From Gemmatimonadota bacterium (GTDB taxonomy: Bacteria > Gemmatimonadota > Gemmatimonadetes > Palauibacterales > Palauibacteraceae), in contig OZ220691.1 in NCBI GenBank assembly GCA_965116475.1, positions 256,001-320,000 of the forward strand: a stretch of 64,000 nucleotides of DNA, written 5' to 3'. Numbering within the stretch: position 1 is the stretch's first letter; every line of letters begins with the position of its first letter. Below the pieces are notes generated by a model. It saw only the letters and a program-made list of their open reading frames with translations. It was not told the origin of the DNA and ran no database searches. Shown here in pieces: positions 57,131 through 64,000 of this stretch. Both the position numbers and the translations under genes were made by a program.

Positions 57131-58420
57131 ATGCCCCGTGCTTGCGGTTCCATCTGCCGCGTGGCCGCCGTCGCACTCTGCCTCGCGGCAGCGGGCCGAG
57201 GCGGCGGGCCCGTCGCTGCTCAGACCGCCGACACTGACATCCCCATCTCTCCCGCTGTTGAAGAAGTCTTCACGGTGGGCGTGGTGGAAGGCGCCGCGTG
57301 GGAGATGTTCGGCTACGTCTCGGACATCGCCTTTGACGCCGACGGCACGCTGTTCATCCTTGACGACCTCGCCGGACACATCGTGGTCATCGATTCGGCG
57401 GGTGATTTCGTCCGAACGATCGCGAACAAGGGCGACGGACCCGGCGAACTCATCCAGCCGATCGCAATTGCCGTCCTGCGCGACGGCCGAATCGCCGTCA
57501 ACGATATCGGAAAACCAGGTGTGCAGCTCTTCCGCCGTGACGGCGAGTTTCTCCATGGCGTTCCGTTCGGCCCCGCCGAGGGCATGCCCGGATCGCCGAT
57601 CTACGCCTTGCCCGACCACAGCCTCCTCTCGCCTGAACTGATCGGCTTTTCGGCCTCCACCATGACTGAAGCGGAGGAGGGTCGGCCGATCACGCGCTTC
57701 CGGCTCGACGGAACCCGTGATGTCTTCTACGCCGCCTGGGACGATCCCGCTCCGCCGGTACTTGAGAGTGGCGAAGAAGCGCAGGGCGCCAGACTCGTGA
57801 CGAGGTCGATCGAGGCCTTCACCTTGCCGTTGAGTCTTGGCGTACTGCACGATGGGCGCATCGCCCTGGTCGATTCGATCGGTTACAGGATCAAGCTCCT
57901 GGATGGGTCGGGTCGCGTGACGGACATCCTCGAGCGGCCTCTGGTTCCGATCACGGTGACCGGCGCGATCCGCGACGCAGAGTCCGAGCGCCGTATCGAG
58001 GCGCTCCGATCCCGCGACGACGGGGCCGTGTCCGTACAGCGAGTCGGCGGACGCCCTGGTGGCGTCAGTCCGGAGGCGAGGCGAAACGCAATGCGGGAGG
58101 CCCTGCGCCGGGCGGAAGACCGCATCCGGGATATGGTCTTTCCCGAAGAGATGCCGGTCATCGCCAACGTTGCCGTGGACTGGAATGATCGCATTTGGAT
58201 CCAGCGATCGGCGCCGCCGGGCGAGACCGGCCCGACAGACGTTCTCGCGGCGGACGGACGGTATCTCGGCACCATCCCTTCCGATGGCCTTCGAATCCCT
58301 ACCGCATTTGGACCGGAGGGACTCCTGGCGTACGTCGAGCGCGACGCCTTTGACATCCAGCGCGTCCGCGTCGTCCGGCTCGTCGGAGATCAGCCGCTGG
58401 AGACTCCTGTCCGGGATTAA
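57131..58420 (+). CDS. Secreted 6-bladed beta-propeller (NHL-like) protein, copy 1
   Basis: Signal peptide; [37 protein letters not shown]. Confidence 0.82.
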   Translation: MPRACGSICRVAAVALCLAAAGRGGGPVAAQTADTDIPISPAVEEVFTVGVVEGAAWEMFGYVSDIAFDADGTLFILDDLAGHIVVIDSAGDFVRTIANKGDGPGELIQPIAIAVLRDGRIAVNDIGKPGVQLFRRDGEFLHGVPFGPAEGMPGSPIYALPDHSLLSPELIGFSASTMTEAEEGRPITRFRLDGTRDVFYAAWDDPAPPVLESGEEAQGARLVTRSIEAFTLPLSLGVLHDGRIALVDSIGYRIKLLDGSGRVTDILERPLVPITVTGAIRDAESERRIEALRSRDDGAVSVQRVGGRPGGVSPEARRNAMREALRRAEDRIRDMVFPEEMPVIANVAVDWNDRIWIQRSAPPGETGPTDVLAADGRYLGTIPSDGLRIPTAFGPEGLLAYVERDAFDIQRVRVVRLVGDQPLETPVRD

Positions 58421-58423
58421 CCG

Positions 58424-58447
58424 GGCACGTTCCCGCGGGAACGTGCC
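58424..58447. repeat. Perfect 24-bp palindrome GGCACGTTCCCGCGGGAACGTGCC
   Basis: Self-reverse-complementary; 3 nt after the stop of propeller copy 1. Confidence 0.9.
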
Positions 58448-58505
58448 TCAACTATCTTCATAGTCGAAACCCGTCGACTCCCCCCTGCGCAAGGAGCAAC
58501 AGCCG

Positions 58506-59816
58506 ATGCGCCGCTCGCACAGCCGTACCGTCCATGCCGCACTCGCTCCGCTCGTCCTGTCGGCCGCGGCCTGCGGCGGAGGCGGCGAATCCACCGCCCG
58601 CGGGCTCGATAGCCCCGACGTCACGCTCTCGCCCGCGACGGACACGCTATACACCGTGGGCGTGCTGGACGGAGCCGAATGGGAGATGTTCGGCCGCGTC
58701 GCGGACGTCGCTTTCGACGCGGACGGCTCGCTCTTCATCCTCGACAGCGATGCCGGGCACGTGGTCGTGGTCGATCCCGCGGGCGCGTTCGTCCGCACCA
58801 TCGCCAGCAAGGGGGAAGGACCCGGCGAGCTCAGCTTCCCGACCAGCCTCATGGTCTTTCGCGACGGGCGGATCGGAGTGCGCGATGTCCGAAACCGGAA
58901 CATCGCGCTCTTCGACCGCACGGGAGAGTTCCTCGAAAACGTCCGGCTCGATCCGGAGGGCGCCACGCCGTCGGGGCGGCTTCGCGCCTTGCCCGATCAC
59001 AGCCTCATTGCGCCGGCCCGCCAGTTCAGCTTCTCGCCGGAGGGAACCATGGAACGCGAAGAGGGCCGCCCGATCACCCGCTTCCGGCTCGACGGAAACA
59101 CGGAGCTGTTCCATGAGGCCTGGGCGCCGCCGCCGCGCGACACGCGCACCGATGAAGCGGAGGCAGGGAACGTCCGTATTCAGATGGAGGCCGGAGGGGC
59201 CTTTCCGCTGCCGCTGGCGCTGGGCGTGCTCGGTGACGGACGCGTCGCGCTCGCGGACTCGGTGGGCTACCGCATCAAGCTGCTCGATGCGGCGGGGGCC
59301 ATCGTGTCGACCCTCGAGCGGCCGGTGCCGCCCGTGGCCGTGACGCCCGCGATCGAGGAGGCCGAGCGCGAGCGCCGTCTCGAGAGCCTGGAATCCGGCG
59401 GAGGCGGTGGAGGCGGCGGCATCATGACCCTGAGCATCACGGCGGCCTCCAGGGCGGGTGGCGGCGGGAACCCCATGGATTCAGAGGCGATGCAGGAGGC
59501 CCTGCGGAGGATGCGCGAGGACCAGATCCGGGACCTGGCGTTCCCGGAGGAGATGCCGGTGATCACGAACCTGGCCGTGGACGGGAGCGACCGCATCTGG
59601 GTGCAACGCTCCGCCCTCCCCGGGGAGACCGGTCCGATCGACATCCTGAGCGCCGACGGGCGGTACTTCGGCTCGCTCCCCACGGACGGCCTGAGGATCC
59701 CCAGAGCCTTCGGGCCGGACGGCCTGCTCGCCTACGTGGAGCGCGACGACCTCGACATCCAGCGCGTCATCGTCGTCCGGCTCATGGCCGACGAACAACT
59801 GGAGGGCGCTCGCTGA
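58506..59816 (+). CDS. 6-bladed beta-propeller lipoprotein, copy 2
   Basis: Lipobox AAAC; same motifs as copy 1. Confidence 0.85.
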   Translation: MRRSHSRTVHAALAPLVLSAAACGGGGESTARGLDSPDVTLSPATDTLYTVGVLDGAEWEMFGRVADVAFDADGSLFILDSDAGHVVVVDPAGAFVRTIASKGEGPGELSFPTSLMVFRDGRIGVRDVRNRNIALFDRTGEFLENVRLDPEGATPSGRLRALPDHSLIAPARQFSFSPEGTMEREEGRPITRFRLDGNTELFHEAWAPPPRDTRTDEAEAGNVRIQMEAGGAFPLPLALGVLGDGRVALADSVGYRIKLLDAAGAIVSTLERPVPPVAVTPAIEEAERERRLESLESGGGGGGGGIMTLSITAASRAGGGGNPMDSEAMQEALRRMREDQIRDLAFPEEMPVITNLAVDGSDRIWVQRSALPGETGPIDILSADGRYFGSLPTDGLRIPRAFGPDGLLAYVERDDLDIQRVIVVRLMADEQLEGAR

Positions 59817-59914
59817 GCACGGGCGCGAACCCGGACCGTGGGCAACCGTCGTCCCGGTCTCCATTGTCGCACGCGGTGTCCGGCCTGTCGCCCGCTTCAA
59901 CCGGGGGGAACCTC

Positions 59915-61249
59915 ATGCGCAAGATCCCTTGCCGTACGCGCCGCACGCGTCCTCTCGCCCAACTCGCCGTTCCGCCTGCGGTCGCCGCCTGCGGAGGGGA
60001 CGCAGGACCGGCCGCAGGACTGCCCCCCTCCGGACTCGACAGCCCGGACGTCCCCCTCGCGCCCAGCGTGGAGGAGGTGTACACCGTCGGCGTGATCGAC
60101 GGGGCCGCGTGGGAGATGTTCGGCAGCGTGACGGGCGTCGCCTTCGACCGGGACGGCTCGCTCTTCATCCTCGACAATGACGCCGGTCACGTCGTCGTCG
60201 TCGGCCCGGGCGGCGAGTTCGTGCGGACGATTTCGAACAAGGGCGAGGGACCCGGGGAACTCAACCAGCCGCGGGGACTCGCGGTGCTCGGCGATGGGCG
60301 GATCGCCGTCAACGACATGGGTCGCGGCATACAGGTCTTCAGCCCCGACGGCGCATCGTTCCAGGAGGCCGGTTTCACCTTCCAGACGGGGGCGCCCGGT
60401 CCTGAAATGCACGCCATGCCGGACCACAGCCTCCTCTCGGCGGGACTCATGAGCGGGTCGCTGGCCGCCCTCCTGGGAGGGGAGGAAGAAGAGGCGCCGG
60501 CGGGTCGGCCGATCGGCCGGTTCCGGCTCGACGGGACGCAGGAGGAGTTCCACCTGGCCTGGGCCGGGCCGCCCCTGGAGGAGACGGAGACGGCGGCCGG
60601 CAATATCCGAATGATCACGTCGCGGATGGAAGCGTTCCCGCTTCCCCTGAGCTTCGGCGTGCTCCGGGATGGCCGCGTCGCCCTGGCCGATTCGGTCGGC
60701 TACCGGATCAAGATCCTCGATGCATCGGGGCAGGTGACGGGCACGCTCGAGCGGCTGATCCCCCCCGTCGCGGTCACCGATGAGATCCGGGACGCGGAGC
60801 GCGAGCGCCGGCTCGCCGCCCTGGCGGAAGGCGGGAGTGGAGGCGGCGGGCGCATGGTTTTCATGAGTCCGATTTCGATCAGCGGCACCGCCGGCTCCGG
60901 CGCGCCGAGAGGTCCCGATCCGGAGGCGATGCGCCGCATGATGGAAGGCCGGATCGAGGACATGGTGTTTCCGGAGGAGGTGCCGGTGATCTCGAGACTG
61001 GCCGTGGACCGGAGCGACCGCATCTGGGTCGAACGCTCCGCCCTGCGGGGAGAGCCCGGTCCCACGGACATTCTCACGGCGGAGGGTCAGTACTTCGGCA
61101 CCATCGCCCCGGACGGGGTTCGCATCCCGGCCGCGTTCGGGCCGGACGGCCTGCTCGCCTACATCGACCGCGACGAACTCGACATCCAGCGCGTACGCGT
61201 CGTCCGTCTCGTCGGCGATCGATTGCTGGAAAGCGCGGACGGCGGCTGA
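59915..61249 (+). CDS. 6-bladed beta-propeller lipoprotein, copy 3
   Basis: Lipobox VAAC; same motifs as copies 1 and 2. Confidence 0.85.
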   Translation: MRKIPCRTRRTRPLAQLAVPPAVAACGGDAGPAAGLPPSGLDSPDVPLAPSVEEVYTVGVIDGAAWEMFGSVTGVAFDRDGSLFILDNDAGHVVVVGPGGEFVRTISNKGEGPGELNQPRGLAVLGDGRIAVNDMGRGIQVFSPDGASFQEAGFTFQTGAPGPEMHAMPDHSLLSAGLMSGSLAALLGGEEEEAPAGRPIGRFRLDGTQEEFHLAWAGPPLEETETAAGNIRMITSRMEAFPLPLSFGVLRDGRVALADSVGYRIKILDASGQVTGTLERLIPPVAVTDEIRDAERERRLAALAEGGSGGGGRMVFMSPISISGTAGSGAPRGPDPEAMRRMMEGRIEDMVFPEEVPVISRLAVDRSDRIWVERSALRGEPGPTDILTAEGQYFGTIAPDGVRIPAAFGPDGLLAYIDRDELDIQRVRVVRLVGDRLLESADGG

Positions 61250-61255
61250 CCAACC

Positions 61256-61275
61256 GACGTTCCCGCGGGAACGTC
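61256..61275. repeat. Perfect 20-bp palindrome GACGTTCCCGCGGGAACGTC
   Basis: Same 18-bp core as 58424..58447; 6 nt after the stop of propeller copy 3. Confidence 0.9.
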
Positions 61276-61306
61276 CACGCCGACCCCGAGCGGGCCGTCG
61301 GCCGGC

Positions 61307-61648
61307 TTAGCGCGACTTCTTCGCCACGAAGAGCGCGAGCAGCAGCGCCACCGCAGGAATCGCGGCCTGCGGCGCCGTCCCCGCCCGCACGAGCGTGTAG
61401 ATCGCGCCGGCCATGATCGGAATGACGATGACGGCGGCCAGGAACCGCGTCGGGCGCCTCAGGAATCCCACCCCCGCCAGCGCCTCCACGACACCGATCA
61501 GGTACTGGAACCACGCCGGGTAGCCCCAGACGGCAAACTGGTCGACCATCATCCCGGCGATCTTCATCCCGCCGTTCAGAAGGAAGAGCAGCGCGAGCAG
61601 AATCGACGCCACGTTGACGGCCTTGCCTGCATTCCCGTTGTCCGCCAC
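61307..61648 (-). CDS. DoxX-family membrane protein
   Basis: LFLLNGGMK...FAVWGYPAWF..IGVVE...MAGAIYT; GAGGAGG RBS. Confidence 0.85.
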   Translation of the reverse strand: MADNGNAGKAVNVASILLALLFLLNGGMKIAGMMVDQFAVWGYPAWFQYLIGVVEALAGVGFLRRPTRFLAAVIVIPIMAGAIYTLVRAGTAPQAAIPAVALLLALFVAKKSR

Positions 61649-61740
61649 TGAACCCTCCTCGCGTTACGAGTCCCTGGTCCGGTTCCCCGTCGATCCCTGA
61701 ACCTTGGTCCAACCCCGACCCGCGGCCAGAGCCCGGGTCG

Positions 61741-62568
61741 CTAGCTTGCGGGGGGCGGGGTCTGGTCCACCGCGCGGCGCGCGATTCCGACGCCGAAGTT
61801 CTGGGCGCAGCGGGTGGAGCGTTCGCAGCGCAGGAAGCGCACCCCATCGTCCGACTCTTCGTCGCTTCGGTCGTCGGCCGTCCCGCGGACCCGGCCGGAA
61901 CCGAGCGAACCGGTCACCGATTCGGCCGCGGCCAGCCGCAGACCCAGCCACCTGAGGAGCAGGTCCGGGTCCTCCGGGGCTCCCGGCGAGTCGCCGGCCA
62001 ACCATTCGTCCCGGATCGCCTCCCATTCCGTCCACAGGGTCTCTCCCCACCCCTCGTTGCAGGCGGCGATGACCGCGCCGCGCAACGCTCCGTGCTCGTG
62101 TTGCCCCGGCGTTCCATCGCGCTGAAGGAGGCCGGCGAGGAAGCCCGCCATGATCCAGTATCGATGCGCATCGCCCGCTTCCCGGGCTCGCCGCGACTCG
62201 TTCAGGACGGCGAGGAACTGCAGGTAGCCCGCGTCCCAGTCGACCGAACCCTCCTCCGAAGCGCCGGCAGCGGTGTCTTCGCCCGACCGCAACCTGGATT
62301 CGACACCGCTTCGGATCTGACGGATCCCGTCCAGGTCCTCCGCCTCGACAGCATCGGAGATCTCGTCGCAGAGGGCCCCGGAGTCGGTCCCCGCCAGATG
62401 GCTGGAGAACGCGATCCCGCCCGCTTCCCCGAGACGGAACGTCCCCTGCTGTTCCGCACCGACATCTTCGGGTGCATCCGGGGACTCCCGCTCCAGGCAG
62501 AAGATGGCCTCGTCCAGCGCCTTCAGGACCTTGCGGTAGGCGGATCGCCGCCTCTCCACACGGTTCAT
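61741..62568 (-). CDS. Hypothetical protein
   Basis: 275-aa ORF with GGAGAGG RBS, directly downstream of the cyclase gene; no recognised motif. Confidence 0.55.
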   Translation of the reverse strand: MNRVERRRSAYRKVLKALDEAIFCLERESPDAPEDVGAEQQGTFRLGEAGGIAFSSHLAGTDSGALCDEISDAVEAEDLDGIRQIRSGVESRLRSGEDTAAGASEEGSVDWDAGYLQFLAVLNESRRAREAGDAHRYWIMAGFLAGLLQRDGTPGQHEHGALRGAVIAACNEGWGETLWTEWEAIRDEWLAGDSPGAPEDPDLLLRWLGLRLAAAESVTGSLGSGRVRGTADDRSDEESDDGVRFLRCERSTRCAQNFGVGIARRAVDQTPPPAS

Positions 62569-62588
62569 CCCGCGTCGCCTCTCCGTCG

Positions 62589-63368
62589 CTACGCCGGGGC
62601 CAGCGCGATCACGCGCAGCGGGCTCCCGCTCCCGTCCACGATCTTGAGCGGCGCGGCGATTGCCACGGCGCCCGTCGGGGGCAGCCGGTCGAGGTTACAC
62701 AGGCTCGCGAGCCCGAACCTTCCCGCCCCGTGCATGATCCCGTGATTCGGGAACGGCGGATCGAACCCTCCCGCCTGGCCCGCATCGGTGCCGACCGTCT
62801 CCACGCCTACTCCGAGCACCGCGCGGTCATGCGCCAGCAGGGCCGAAGTTTCCTGGTGGAAGCCCGGCGAGTGCGGGCCGTCTTCCAACACGTTGAGAAA
62901 CGCCTCCTTCCCTTCCCTCCGACTCCACCCGGTGCGCAGAAACACCCAGGCGCCCCCGGGCACGCGTCCGTGCTCCGCCTCCCACGCCTCGAGCCCGGCG
63001 GGCGTGAGCAGGAAGTCGGGATCCGCTTCTACCTCGGCCTCCACGTCGATGACGCACGCCGGGCCGACGAACTTCCGCGCCGGGATCGTGTCCGTCGTCC
63101 CGTTCGGCACATCCTTCCCCGTGACCCAGTGGATCGGGGCGTCGAAGTGCGTCCCCGTGTGCTCGCCGAGCGAGAGGTTGTTCCAGTACCAGGCCGGCCC
63201 GTCGTCGTCATATCTCGAGATCCGCTCGACCGTCACTCCCTTCGATGGCGCGAACATCGGAGGAAGATCGATGACGACGGTATCGGGGCCGAGCGGGATC
63301 GTGAGATCCACCACCCGGACCGTACCCGCGTTCAGTTCCTCCACGAGGCGGCTCAGTACATCCGACAT
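62589..63368 (-). CDS. Cyclase-family metallohydrolase (kynurenine formamidase/isatin hydrolase-like)
   Basis: EHTGTHFDAPIHW, RTGWS, GVETVGTD, PLKIVDGSGSPLR. Confidence 0.92.
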   Translation of the reverse strand: MSDVLSRLVEELNAGTVRVVDLTIPLGPDTVVIDLPPMFAPSKGVTVERISRYDDDGPAWYWNNLSLGEHTGTHFDAPIHWVTGKDVPNGTTDTIPARKFVGPACVIDVEAEVEADPDFLLTPAGLEAWEAEHGRVPGGAWVFLRTGWSRREGKEAFLNVLEDGPHSPGFHQETSALLAHDRAVLGVGVETVGTDAGQAGGFDPPFPNHGIMHGAGRFGLASLCNLDRLPPTGAVAIAAPLKIVDGSGSPLRVIALAPA

Positions 63369-63435
63369 TCAAAGTCTCCCTATCGTTGGCGGACCCACGT
63401 GGTTGGCGGATCCGCGGGCGGGTTGCGGTCCACGG

Positions 63436-64000
63436 TCACTTGTCTCCGAAGAACGGCTCGAGCGTCTGGCCGGGGTTCGGTTTCGTCATCAGCGAAACCA
63501 TGATGAAGAGGATGAGGCTCGCGCCGACGCCCAGTTCGACGGAATCGATCCCGTACAGGGGGAAGTAGTGTTCCTGGAACCACAGCGTCCACACAAGACA
63601 GGCGAGGAAGCCTCCGATCATGGAGGCGACCGCGCCCTTCGCCGTCCCCCGCCGCCAGTTGAGGCCGATGACGATGGGGACGAAGAAGAAGGAGGCGATG
63701 AACTTCGCCTGCTCGAGGACGATGCCCTGGACATCCCCCAGCTTCTGGAGCGCGAAAAAGAGGGGGATGATCGCGAGGACGACGATCGCCACCCGGTTCG
63801 CGTTCACGAGGTGCTTCTGGCTTGCGTCGGGCCGGATGAACTTCCCGTACAGGTCGTGGGCGACGCCGGCGCCGGTGACGAGGAGGATCGAGTTTACGGT
63901 CGACATGATCGCCGACAGCATGGCGACCAGCAGCAGCGCGCCGACCACGGGAGGCAGGACGTGCAGCGCCATGGTGGCGGTGGCCTGGTCCTGGGAGGGC
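63436..64000 (-). CDS. Sodium:solute symporter (3' part; 5' end outside the window)
   Basis: LSAIMSTVNS, HDLY, GLNWRRGTAKGAVASMIGG, MVSLMT. Confidence 0.9.
   Translation of the reverse strand, partial: PSQDQATATMALHVLPPVVGALLLVAMLSAIMSTVNSILLVTGAGVAHDLYGKFIRPDASQKHLVNANRVAIVVLAIIPLFFALQKLGDVQGIVLEQAKFIASFFFVPIVIGLNWRRGTAKGAVASMIGGFLACLVWTLWFQEHYFPLYGIDSVELGVGASLILFIMVSLMTKPNPGQTLEPFFGDK

Overview
High-GC bacterial chromosomal window with about 55 densely packed CDS. I saw no rRNA, tRNA, CRISPR array, integrase or transposase. The gene repertoire includes a SusC/SusD-like pair, barrel-less plug-domain proteins, tandem beta-propellers, many secreted amidohydrolases and a VPS10/BNR protein. That mix suggests a Gemmatimonadota-like heterotroph, possibly marine or host-associated (inference only). 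Top signal: a selenoprotein that the ORF track splits at an in-frame TGA (30601..31164, D-U-G-S-C-T-S-C). It has an fdhF-like SECIS hairpin 11 nt after the UGA, its active-site segment aligns with GrdB/PrdB reductase selenoproteins, and it is translationally coupled to a thioredoxin-fused partner. Second signal: an operon with a near-consensus Fur box that encodes a lipoprotein CbiX-type chelatase, HmuY and a TonB receptor, a candidate haem iron-extraction system. Also present: a three-gene amidohydrolase operon in which two members lack the metal-binding motif, a split AcnX next to a hydantoin-type racemase, a Phd/VapC toxin-antitoxin pair with a probable leaderless transcript, two single-base frameshifts, several short tandem repeats and a duplicated perfect palindrome. 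All family assignments come from motif recognition by eye, not database searches.
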